In this document: positions 39,000 through 46,532 of the stretch, one piece after another
How positions within the stretch are numbered: position 1 is the stretch's first letter
Layout of the letters: the number at the start of each line of letters is the position of its first letter
Source: an uncultured bacterium
Lineage (GTDB): Bacteria; Latescibacterota; UBA2968
Direction: 5' to 3'
Length of the DNA stretch: 46,532 bases
Assembly (NCBI GenBank): GCA_964471275.1
Contig: CAYYGZ010000005.1
Coordinates: 1-46,532 of the forward strand
Position numbers and translations under genes: made by a program
The notes under the pieces: generated by a model
What the model was told of the DNA's origin: nothing
What the model saw: only the letters and a program-made list of their open reading frames with translations
Databases searched by the model: none

Positions 39000-40049
39000 T
39001 CAACGAACATCAGCTGTATACATCAGATCCGAACCCACGGTCTCAATGACCACATTTTCGAGAATGATCGACTTCTCGACTTGCCCGAGCCCCAGATCCG
39101 ATACGGACGCCATCCCACCGATCAGCTTCGGCGCCGTGAATGCGACGATGCGATCGACAAGACCCGCACTCAGAAAGCTGGCAGCCAGTTGACTCCCACC
39201 CTCGACGAGAAGATGGATCAGCCCCTCTTCGGACAGTCGCTCGAGCACATCACCGGCCTTGGGTCTGTCACCGGGCAGCAGCCAGACATCCGCACCTCGA
39301 TCACGCAGGGCGTTGACACGATCCGGATCAGGTGATTCGGATGCGCAAATCACGCAGCGTTCGCCCTGAAGAACCCTTGCTCCCAGGGGAGTCTGCAGTC
39401 TGCTGTCAAATACCACCTTGATCGGGTCACTGCCCACCACGTGCCGCACATTCAGTGTCGGATCATCAGCCAGCACCGTTCCAATACCAATGGCGATCCC
39501 GAGTGCTTCTGTGCGAAGCGCGTGACCCCTCTTCCGAGCCTGCGACCCCGTGATCCACCTCGAATCTCCAGACCGGGTCGCGATTGATCCGTCCAGGCTT
39601 TGCGCCAGCTTCAGCGTGACGTAGGGACGGCCCTGCCTGCGCTGCACGAGATACGTGGCGTTCAGCCTTTCCGCGTATTCAGCAAGCAGCCCGACAGAGA
39701 CATAGACACCTGCAGCTCTGAGTCTGGCGAATCCTGACCCAGCCACGCGTCCATCGGGATCCTCCATCGCACAGACAACCCGTCCGACCTTCTTGTCAAT
39801 CAGCAGATCGGAGCACGCGGGTGTGCGGCCTACAAAACTGCACGGCTCAAGCGTCACGTATATCGTCGCATCCTGCGCGACATCATCCGGCACGTCGGCA
39901 AGTGCGTTCACCTCGGCGTGCCCTTCACCCGGCCGCTCGTGATACCCGGAACCGACGATGCGTCCCGATTTTACGACAACCGCACCCACCATCGGGTTGG
40001 GGCGTGCCGTCAGTCGACCGCGTTCCGCCAGATCCAGTGCGATCCGCAT
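39000..40049 (-). CDS. ribD: Bifunctional diaminohydroxyphosphoribosylaminopyrimidine deaminase / 5-amino-6-(5-phosphoribosylamino)uracil reductase
   Basis: I trim to ATG 40049 (MRIALDLAERG). The 210 nt of track ORF upstream overlap the preceding gene and contain no start codon between 40049 and 40097. The deaminase zinc motifs HAEVNAL and EPCSFVGRTPAC are present, and the C-terminal half is reductase-like. Confidence 0.9.
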   Translation of the reverse strand: MRIALDLAERGRLTARPNPMVGAVVVKSGRIVGSGYHERPGEGHAEVNALADVPDDVAQDATIYVTLEPCSFVGRTPACSDLLIDKKVGRVVCAMEDPDGRVAGSGFARLRAAGVYVSVGLLAEYAERLNATYLVQRRQGRPYVTLKLAQSLDGSIATRSGDSRWITGSQARKRGHALRTEALGIAIGIGTVLADDPTLNVRHVVGSDPIKVVFDSRLQTPLGARVLQGERCVICASESPDPDRVNALRDRGADVWLLPGDRPKAGDVLERLSEEGLIHLLVEGGSQLAASFLSAGLVDRIVAFTAPKLIGGMASVSDLGLGQVEKSIILENVVIETVGSDLMYTADVR

Positions 40050-40096
40050 GTAGTCACAATCAGTCAGAACGCTATCCCCGTGAACCGGATCGACAG

Positions 40097-42151
40097 CTAC
40101 TTCACGTCGAACACGCGTTTGGCCACACCGACGTTGCCTCGTGTATCCGTCGCTCGAATCACAAGCGTGTACTCGTCTGCGACCAGACCGGTGAGGGTCA
40201 GCGACAGAGATTCGTCGCCTGAGTCGAAGATCTGATCTGCCGGGAACACGACTTGCCACGGTCCGGAATTCAACGAGTACTCTGCCGATTTCACTACAGA
40301 AGTCTCGTCAGATACCGTCCCCGTAACGGAGACAGAACCACTCGACTTGCTCTCGATCGAAGCCACGCGAACGTTCGGCTCCGTGTGATCGATCTTGAAG
40401 GGAGCGCTGACCCGATCGGACGTCAGGGCGATGGTCTCCGGATTACCCGGCGAATCGGAGACCGTCAGACGAACCAGGACAGTCCCTTCGGGAGCAGACT
40501 CGGTATCCCACAGGTAGGTGTTACCGGTCAGATCCTCTGCGAGCAGCTTCCAGCTCTTCTCGGTTCTGCCTTTGAAATGGAGCGTGTAGACCAGCTTGTC
40601 GTTGTTGACATCCGCGCCAGTCCACGAAATCGCCCACCCCTCTGACGTCTCGTTTGAAGAGGGAGGAGGACGTCGGCCCTCGCCGTTCTTTCCCGGAGGC
40701 CCGCCACCGTTACTCTTTTCCTCGTGGGGTCCCCGAACCTTCAGGTCAAGAACCATCGGCTGCAAATTCTCGGGTAACCCGGAAACCGTCACTTCTCGGA
40801 CCGCCGGTGACGCCTTGCCGTCGCCGGTCAGTGTCAACCGATACTGAATATAGCGTGCTTCGCGAGTCGTGAGGGCCCCGTTCGCTGCTGTCTGTTTCGC
40901 CCAATCTCCCCAGGTCTCGTCCGGCAGATCGCTGTTCCCTGCCCGAACCTCGAAGGAAACGCCCGTGCCGCTCGGTGCATCCCCGTCCCACCCGATCCGC
41001 CCCCAGCGAGTGACCAGCGAGAAATCCTCGGGCTTGCTCGTCAGGCTCCCCGTCGAAGCCAGGCCATTTCCCAGCCTGAAAGTCTGACCGCTTCCGCTCG
41101 CACCCACCCATCCCCCGCCCTTGCCGTCACTCGCGAATGCCCAGGGCTGCGCTTCTTCGATGGTCGTGAGGATCGAATGGCTTCCATCGGCAAACAGTTG
41201 GTAGACGCGTCCCTTGCCTCCGGTCACGACCGTGATGGACCCGTCAGCGCGAACGTCGAGCGCCTGTACGGATGGCGCCGGGACATCCCAGAGACGCCAC
41301 CCGCTGCCTGACGGACGAATCGCATACACGACAGACTGCACACTGGACGGAGCGCCGTGGCCGTTACGACCGTTTGGTACCGATGGACCGCGTTTGGGCG
41401 GGCCGGCACTGTTCATTGCCCCCGCCAGCAGTCGTCCATCCGCGGCGAGTGCCAGTGCTTTGACTTCGTTTTCCGACGTATCGTAGAACACGTCAATCCC
41501 GTCGCCAGGACGGATGCGATAGATCAAACCGTTCTGGTCGGTGCCGGCATACAGGGTGCCGTCCGACGCGCGAATCAGGCTCGTCACGTTCGGGTCTGTC
41601 GTCTTCAGGATCTCCTGGACATCACCGGACTTCGATATGCGGAGCACGCGTCCCACGCTGCCGCCCGTAGCCGCATACAGGCCTCCCTGGCCGTCTCCTA
41701 TCAGAACCCAGACGTGCTGGTCTTCAGTCCGGGCAAACGTCTTGGGTTCGCCCTTCAATGGAATCGCGTAGACCAGACCACCGGGAGACGAGCCCGCGTA
41801 GATGGTCCCGTTGTTACCGATCGCGAGCGCAAAGATGGCCCGCTCAGGGGAATCAAACAGCAGGGCTGCAGACCCTTCGGAGAGTCGATACACACGACCT
41901 TCATTCCCCGTACCGACAAAAATACGATCCTGATCATCACGGGCTATCGACCAGACAAACTCCTCACCCGTGTCGGCGTATTCCGTGAGCGTCGGACCCA
42001 GCCACACCTCGCCATCTCGCGTGACCGAAACAGATACGGCTTCACCCTTGCTGAACGCCTCCTGAGTATCCTGCAACCAGATGACGGGTGTCACCGCGCC
42101 GGTTGTGGCAAAGCTTGCGATCGTGAGAATCGATATCCAGATAACCTTCAC
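40097..42151 (-). CDS. Secreted beta-propeller protein with C-terminal Ig/FN3-like domains (hypothetical)
   Basis: GTG start after AGGAG. The signal peptide is MKVIWISILTIASFATTGA. Blade motifs repeat about 7 times (GTIYAGS..GLVYAI, GGLYAAT..GRVLRI, GTLYAGTDQNGLIYRI, GRLLAGA and so on). A Gly/Pro-rich linker follows, then beta-sandwich-like repeats. Confidence 0.75.
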   Translation of the reverse strand: MKVIWISILTIASFATTGAVTPVIWLQDTQEAFSKGEAVSVSVTRDGEVWLGPTLTEYADTGEEFVWSIARDDQDRIFVGTGNEGRVYRLSEGSAALLFDSPERAIFALAIGNNGTIYAGSSPGGLVYAIPLKGEPKTFARTEDQHVWVLIGDGQGGLYAATGGSVGRVLRISKSGDVQEILKTTDPNVTSLIRASDGTLYAGTDQNGLIYRIRPGDGIDVFYDTSENEVKALALAADGRLLAGAMNSAGPPKRGPSVPNGRNGHGAPSSVQSVVYAIRPSGSGWRLWDVPAPSVQALDVRADGSITVVTGGKGRVYQLFADGSHSILTTIEEAQPWAFASDGKGGGWVGASGSGQTFRLGNGLASTGSLTSKPEDFSLVTRWGRIGWDGDAPSGTGVSFEVRAGNSDLPDETWGDWAKQTAANGALTTREARYIQYRLTLTGDGKASPAVREVTVSGLPENLQPMVLDLKVRGPHEEKSNGGGPPGKNGEGRRPPPSSNETSEGWAISWTGADVNNDKLVYTLHFKGRTEKSWKLLAEDLTGNTYLWDTESAPEGTVLVRLTVSDSPGNPETIALTSDRVSAPFKIDHTEPNVRVASIESKSSGSVSVTGTVSDETSVVKSAEYSLNSGPWQVVFPADQIFDSGDESLSLTLTGLVADEYTLVIRATDTRGNVGVAKRVFDVK

Positions 42152-42159
42152 GCTTGCTC

Positions 42160-43989
42160 CTACTTCTTCTTGGGTGTGGGGTCGGTCCGGCTGGGTCCAA
42201 ATCGCAATGCCGGGCCTTCCGACCCGACGGGCAGAAAGACCGTCTGCTGACCGGAAAGCACATAGTTCGTTTCCACCAGGGATTCAGCCAGGACGGACTT
42301 GCTGACGGACTGCGCACTGCCGGATCGCCTCGCAGTCTTCATGGCAGCAACGACCGAAGGTGGCAGAGATGACATCTCCACACCACCGACCGTCGCGCCC
42401 GCACGATTGGCCAGCAGTTCCACGATCAGAATATCGTTCCGGTGTTCTTGCTCCAGCACATCGATCAGGGCATCCACATCACTCACCCGATACCGTCCCG
42501 GAATGCGCTTGGACTCCTGCACCGCGTGGACGCGAGCACTCGAGATACGAAGGGTCAGAGTGCCTTGCCGAAAGTGCTGCGGAATCGTGATCGAAGTCGA
42601 CAGGATCTGAGGGTCTTCCAGATACGGCCTAAGACCGATTTCAACACCCACCGGGTCGCCCGGCTCGAATCGGGAGCGGTCAAGACCGATAGACTCGATT
42701 CTCGCAGCCTCGACGTTCCCAGCCACTTCCAGCTCAAACGCGGCCGACTGGACGGTCACATTTTCGAATGGATTCTGAAGAAGGAGTTGGAGCGGTCGAG
42801 TCACCCCCATCACACCCTCGCCCAGCCCGCGGGCTCCCGCATACACATTCTCTACAATGAAGTCGGGGCGGCCCTCGATCTTCAGCGAGAGGGTCGTCCT
42901 GACCGTGGCTTCTCCTCGGACCCACTCGGCTGAAATCAGCGAGCTCACGACGGCCGACTGGATAAGCAGCGGGCCCAGGTCTCGATTCCGCAGGACCTCC
43001 ATCGCGTAACGACGTTCTCCGTCGGCTGACCGAACCGAGATCGTCGTGGGCATCATCTCTGCCTTCTGTCCAACGACACCGCCGACACCAGGCGAGCGAT
43101 CCTGCGTGATAACCCCGACCTGCTTGACCGCGGCTCCAAGCTTGAACGACTGGTATTGACTTCCCACGACATCGTGTATGAATGCGGTCGTCATGGGCAG
43201 GCGAGTGGCACCACTCGATAGCATTGGATGCCCGAACCCGACCAGTCGGGTCCCTTCGATATAAGTCAGGGTCCCGATTGCCGTCATGTTGAAATCTCCC
43301 CGAATCAGCTGCACACCGAGGGCCGCTCCCGGCTCAAGGGTTGGCTCAGCCAACGAGGCATCCGTACCCCCACCACCCTGTACCGGCAGCAGCCCGAAGG
43401 ATGAGAGGTGATTTTGAAGCTCGGGAATAACGTCTGCGGTGAATCCGGACAGGTAGACGGGTGTCTTGACCTTCTGCATCTGCCCCACGCCAAACTCTGT
43501 GGCCCAGTCGTTATCCTCGTGGTCGGCGAGATCGATCTCGTCAGGGAATCGTGCACCCGAAGAGTGATCAGACATCAAGCCATCGGATCGATCCAGGATA
43601 TCAAGCATCTCGCCTATCGGCGTGATGCCCATGATCGGTTCGATCGAAAAGGACCAACCGTAGGCGATTGCCCCGATCAACCTTCCATCCACATACACAG
43701 GGCTCCCGCTCATCCCCGCGATACCTCCCATCTTTTCCAGCGGATCCCCCGAGAGCATCCCCAGGATGATGTCCGTCTTAGGACCAAACGCATTTCGAAG
43801 CACGCCAAGTATTTCCACCTGGAACGTGTCGATTTTGGTCCCGTGAAAGACCGTTAGGCCAATCCCGCGCATACCGCGAGAAAGCTCGTCCACACCCATT
43901 GTCGGTGTGGAAGCCATCACCTCGGAGGAGGTAAGGAAGAACAAGATCAGCAGGCCGGTATTGATCCCGAACGGGAGACGCGAATTCAC
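42160..43989 (-). CDS. SpoIVB-type peptidase S55 domain protein
   Basis: GTG start. It has an N-terminal signal or anchor segment, then ...IAGMSGSPVYVDGRLIGAIAYGW..., which resembles the S55 (SpoIVB) serine motif. About 450 further residues have no family I recognise. Confidence 0.7.
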   Translation of the reverse strand: MNSRLPFGINTGLLILFFLTSSEVMASTPTMGVDELSRGMRGIGLTVFHGTKIDTFQVEILGVLRNAFGPKTDIILGMLSGDPLEKMGGIAGMSGSPVYVDGRLIGAIAYGWSFSIEPIMGITPIGEMLDILDRSDGLMSDHSSGARFPDEIDLADHEDNDWATEFGVGQMQKVKTPVYLSGFTADVIPELQNHLSSFGLLPVQGGGGTDASLAEPTLEPGAALGVQLIRGDFNMTAIGTLTYIEGTRLVGFGHPMLSSGATRLPMTTAFIHDVVGSQYQSFKLGAAVKQVGVITQDRSPGVGGVVGQKAEMMPTTISVRSADGERRYAMEVLRNRDLGPLLIQSAVVSSLISAEWVRGEATVRTTLSLKIEGRPDFIVENVYAGARGLGEGVMGVTRPLQLLLQNPFENVTVQSAAFELEVAGNVEAARIESIGLDRSRFEPGDPVGVEIGLRPYLEDPQILSTSITIPQHFRQGTLTLRISSARVHAVQESKRIPGRYRVSDVDALIDVLEQEHRNDILIVELLANRAGATVGGVEMSSLPPSVVAAMKTARRSGSAQSVSKSVLAESLVETNYVLSGQQTVFLPVGSEGPALRFGPSRTDPTPKKK

Positions 43990-44145
43990 GCAAGTTCCTT
44001 TTCTGACTAGGATTTATCGCGAAGAGAAGAAAGTTACTGGCTCGTAACATGAAAGTCAAGACAGCCCCGGATCAGCCCTGATCCGGCCCGCGAACGATGC
44101 TCACTAGGGAGCGATAGCCCGTCTAATATAAACGTCAACGAGCGC

Positions 44146-44174
44146 TTGTGGTTGCAGATGGCCGGTGTTATAAT
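44146..44174 (+). promoter_or_regulatory. Extended -10 promoter candidate placed for a leaderless rlmH transcript
   Basis: TTGTGG (44146-44151), a 17-nt spacer, then TGtTATAAT (44166-44174). Only 6 nt separate the -10 from the ATG at 44181, and there is no Shine-Dalgarno sequence. Confidence 0.5.
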
Positions 44175-44180
44175 CACGTC

Positions 44181-44648
44181 ATGATGTTGCAGCTTCTCAC
44201 TGTCGGAAAACCAAGGCAGACCGGTCTCGCCGAAGCAGGGAAGGATTATCTGACCCGGCTCAGGCGATACGTAAAAGTAGAGGAAACGATCGTCCGGGAA
44301 GAGCGATCCGGCAAAGGAATGCGGGCGGGTGAAGTTGCCCGGAAGGAAGGCGAGCGGATCCTCGCCAAACTGCGACCTGAATGCTATGTTGTAGCGCTTG
44401 ATCTAGCTGGTAAAGAGACGACGTCCGAGGCGCTTGCACGCAAGATCGATGATCTCGCGACCGCGACATCTAAGGTGGTTTTCGTGATCGGCGGTGCCTT
44501 CGGGCTTGATCTCGAGATCCTGAATCGGTCCAACTAGCGTTGGAGCCTATCTGCACAGACATACCCGCACGAGCTGGCACGCGTCGTGATGCTCGAACAG
44601 CTCTACCGGGCGCACACGATCCTCAGGGGAGAACCCTATCACAAATAA
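44181..44648 (+). pseudogene. rlmH: 23S rRNA (pseudouridine1915-N3)-methyltransferase RlmH interrupted by an in-frame TAG at 44535-44537
   Basis: MMLQLLTVGKPRQ...VVFVIGGAFGLDLEILNRSN reaches a stop, and then the same frame continues [36 protein letters not shown] to a second stop. This is collinear with the conserved RlmH C-terminus (E. coli ...[31 protein letters not shown]...). The TAG sits where Gln (CAG) is expected. Confidence 0.75.
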
Positions 44649-44656
44649 GCAAGAAA

Positions 44657-44762
44657 GGCCCGGCGACGAATCCTTTACAGCCAGGGAGAGATGATTCCGC
44701 GTGTGTGATTGCACCTCAGGAATCTGGCTGCCGCAAGGATTTGTCCCGGGCCGTCGTTTTTT
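44657..44762 (+). terminator. Long imperfect hairpin (~96 nt) followed by a T6 tract; rlmH terminator or a small structured RNA
   Basis: GGCCCGG (C) GACG AATCCTT pairs with AAGGATT TGTC CCGGGCC. Inner stems are CAGCCA/TGGCTG and GATTCC/GGAATC. The sequence GTCG then TTTTTT (44757-44762) follows. Confidence 0.5.
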
Positions 44763-45476
44763 GTTCGATTTCGCTCTAAATAGAATCTGATGAGTAGACT
44801 GTGGGGAAGATCTGGGGGGTGCCTGAGGAGGGACAACGGGCACGTTGAAGGGGACTTCAACAAGCGCCGTTGAGGAGGAGAATCGAGTGCTTTCTCCCAA
44901 GGCAAGACCAAGTTAAGCCATTGTTTTTTCTGAGTCAAGACCAACTTGGCCAAGTAGGCGGAGAGGCGTTTCTGGACGCGCCGAAAGCGCTGTCTGGAGA
45001 GGACACTCGGCCTAGTTGAGGGACTGAAGCCGATACCGCTGACTGCGGTCTAGTCTCCGGACAAGGTGACGGATGCGCTCCGACTTCTTCTGGTCGTTGC
45101 GCAGGGCATAGTAGAACCCCATGTATGCCAGCCAGTTCCTGTATTGACGATCGACTGTGGCAACCATTCGTCTCACCCATCGTGATTGGTAGTTGACGGA
45201 AAGCTCCTGCATTATACACGACTGGAATGTGTTTTGGGTTCCAACTACACACCCAAACCTACTACACATCCGTTCAGGCATCAAGGCGTATTTCAGGACT
45301 TGAACTTGCGCCCTCGACTCACTACTTTTATAGGACTTCCAAGCAACTGAGGAAACGACTAATCGAGTTGAATCGCAACGAAATCTCTGCCTCCGGGAGG
45401 TGCAGCCCTTGCCCTGGAGGATAGCCAAAGGCCAGCCCCGAACAGTGTTCGGAAGCCGAGGCCTGTATGCAGTCTA

Positions 45477-45517
45477 AGCCCCTTGTCGAGACCCAAACGA
45501 CAAGGGGCTTTTTGTTT
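45477..45517 (+). terminator. Strong plus-strand intrinsic terminator with no plus-strand ORF upstream
   Basis: A perfect 12-bp stem AGCCCCTTGTCG / CGACAAGGGGCT with a 9-nt loop, followed by TTTTGTTTG. The T tract is on the plus strand only. Confidence 0.75.
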
Positions 45518-45620
45518 GCCTTCACGCAAGGAAGAATCGAGGACCGCCAGACGTTCTGCTTCGATCGTCCATACAGAATTGGATCGCACGGAATCAGGAA
45601 CCCGAAGATGCAAGCGCATC

Positions 45621-46020
45621 GTGTCATCTGCAGAGGAACAGGATACCATAGATCGTGCCAGGACCGGCGACCAGGCAGCCTTTGACAAGCTCTTCCACAC
45701 CCACAGGGATCGTATCACGACAACGGTTACGCAGCGCACAAAGGATCCGGACAACGTCGATGACCTCGTTCAGATCAGCTTCTTACGTGCGGACAGAAGT
45801 CTGAGGATTTTCCGGGGCGACGCCGCCTTCTCGACCTGGCTCACGCGCATCACGCTCAACGCCTACATAACACATCATCACGGCAAGCGTGCGATGCTTC
45901 CGGAGGCCGTCCTGGAAACCGAACACCGACACTTGCCACAGGCCCCAAGCCCGGAAGATGAGCTCCATCAGAAGGAACGGCAACGAGAAAGAGTCGACCG
46001 GTGTATCGGTCGACCCTTTC
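45621..46020 (+). pseudogene. ECF-type sigma factor, region 2 only (truncated)
   Basis: From GTG 45621 the frame reads SSAEEQDTIDRARTGDQAAFDKLFHTHRDRI...VDDLVQISFLRADRSLRIFRGDAAFSTWLTRITLNAYITHHH, which is a typical ECF region 2. No region 4 helix-turn-helix follows in any frame. Instead the frame runs into a terminator hairpin and the 3' end of the convergent gene. Confidence 0.5.
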
Positions 46021-46022
46021 TC
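45985..46022. terminator. Hairpin between the sigma fragment and the convergent URO-D-family gene
   Basis: GAGAAAGAGTCGACCG, loop GTGTAT, CGGTCGACCCTTTCTC, with 15 of 16 positions paired. It lies 23 nt past the minus-strand stop at 46045. Confidence 0.55.
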
Positions 46023-46044
46023 GTTACTCGGTTGTCGGAAGCGA

Positions 46045-46532
46045 TCAGTCCAACGGCTCCAGCCACGCCTCAAAGACTGCCCGGATATTCTCTGAAGGGT
46101 TTGCCTTCCCCCACTCACACTGGGCGATCACCCCGCCCATCCCGCGATCGAGTGCCCGCCTAACGCGGTGCACGGCCTCCTTCACGGCTGCCGGATCGCC
46201 GAAGGGCAATGTTACCTGGCGATCGATCTCTCCCCAGAAGGTGATCGCTCCTCCGAACTCGGCAGCAATCTTCTCGATATCCATCGTGAAGAGCTGAGAA
46301 TTGAGCGCGTCGACGCCCACATCGATCAGATCGCCGATGATCGGCTCGATGAACCCGTCTGAATGGAAAAAGACATACTTGCCAGATTGATGGATCAGGT
46401 CACAATAGGCCTTGTAGATCGGCTTGAAGATATCCCGCCACGATTCCGGCGAGATGAGCAGGCTGTTTCGTGATCCCCAATCATCCATCAGCATCACGCC
46501 GTCAACGTCGGTTCGACACCACGCGGACACAT
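46045..46532 (-). CDS. Uroporphyrinogen decarboxylase (URO-D)/MtaA-like family protein, C-terminal part (5' end outside the window)
   Basis: The frame is open to the window edge. DDWGSRNSLLISPESWRDIFKP...FFHSDGFIEPIIGDLIDVGVDALNS... resembles the C-terminal half of the URO-D/methylcobamide methyltransferase TIM-barrel family. The assignment is tentative. Confidence 0.5.
   Translation of the reverse strand, partial: VSAWCRTDVDGVMLMDDWGSRNSLLISPESWRDIFKPIYKAYCDLIHQSGKYVFFHSDGFIEPIIGDLIDVGVDALNSQLFTMDIEKIAAEFGGAITFWGEIDRQVTLPFGDPAAVKEAVHRVRRALDRGMGGVIAQCEWGKANPSENIRAVFEAWLEPLD

Noticed and set aside
40050-40096. FMN (RFN) riboswitch upstream of ribD
   Set aside because: Only 47 nt are available, and none of the conserved RFN blocks are present.
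44535-44537. Genome-wide TAG reassignment as the explanation for the rlmH stop
   Set aside because: Many well-defined genes in this window end in TAG at family-typical positions: the receptor (with a tandem TAG-TAG), the propeller gene, acs, ribBA, groEL, the ECF sigma and the anti-sigma. TAG therefore functions as a stop here.
44679-44735. Similarity of ACAGCCAGGGAGAGATGA..GCGTGTG to the 3' side of E. coli 4.5S (SRP) RNA helix 8
   Set aside because: The GNRA tetraloop and the 5' AGGUCAGG-type strand that defines the SRP domain IV are absent. The terminal loop of this hairpin is 20 nt. It is more likely a long terminator hairpin.
44787-44794. CTGATGAG, the hammerhead ribozyme core box
   Set aside because: There is no properly placed GAAA box or stem II/III pairing around it, so the match is a chance octamer.
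45211-45216. Perfect minus-strand TATAAT as a promoter for the 66-codon ORF
   Set aside because: The hexamer overlaps that ORF's own ATG, and no acceptable -35 lies 16-18 nt upstream, so it cannot drive that ORF.

Overview
A 46.5 kb, roughly 60% G+C bacterial chromosomal segment. Taxon cannot be determined from the sequence. SusC-style TonB receptors and a dockerin-like tail fit an uncultivated FCB-type lineage, but that is only an impression. I call about 37 intact CDSs, 4 apparent gene remnants, one riboswitch and several promoters, terminators and operators. I found no rRNA, tRNA, CRISPR array or intact mobile element.

Layout:
- (i) 1-2029: C-terminal end of a TonB-dependent receptor, then a sulfatase.
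- (ii) 2274-11632: a corrinoid uptake and salvage locus gated by a cobalamin riboswitch. It holds a TonB-dependent receptor, a secreted double beta-propeller with a dockerin-like tail, a corrinoid adenosyltransferase, a BtuFCD-type ABC importer and a truncated cobQ.
- (iii) 11967-19290: rpmB, a THUMP-type RNA methyltransferase, dCMP deaminase, an aldo-keto-reductase fused to a chlorite-dismutase-like domain, an SDR remnant, an AICARFT-only PurH, a MerR regulator and a sigma-70 factor.
- (iv) 19372-22205, minus strand: amtB-glnK-porin.
- (v) 22560-25003, minus strand: ECF sigma, anti-sigma and an HtrA-like PDZ protein whose His and Ser catalytic motifs are substituted.
- (vi) 25357-29343: acs, queC and a highly disordered lysine- and arginine-rich repeat protein.
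- (vii) 29533-43989, minus strand: groES-groEL with a CIRCE operator, a rhodanese, secA, and one long run of S55 peptidase, propeller/Ig protein, ribD-ribE-ribBA-ribH-nusB and a metallophosphoesterase.
- (viii) 44181-46532: rlmH interrupted by an in-frame TAG, about 0.9 kb of lower-GC sequence without a convincing ORF that ends in a strong orphan terminator, a truncated ECF sigma, and the 3' end of a URO-D-family gene.

Most interesting items:
- The riboswitch locus contains a propeller gene with two base-identical 977-bp copies joined by a unique in-frame 52-bp linker.
- The sigma/anti-sigma/pseudo-protease module.
- The AKR-Cld fusion.
- The disordered repeat protein.
- The gene-poor 44.65-45.6 kb region.

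Everything here comes from reading the sequence and the ORF track by eye. No database search was run.
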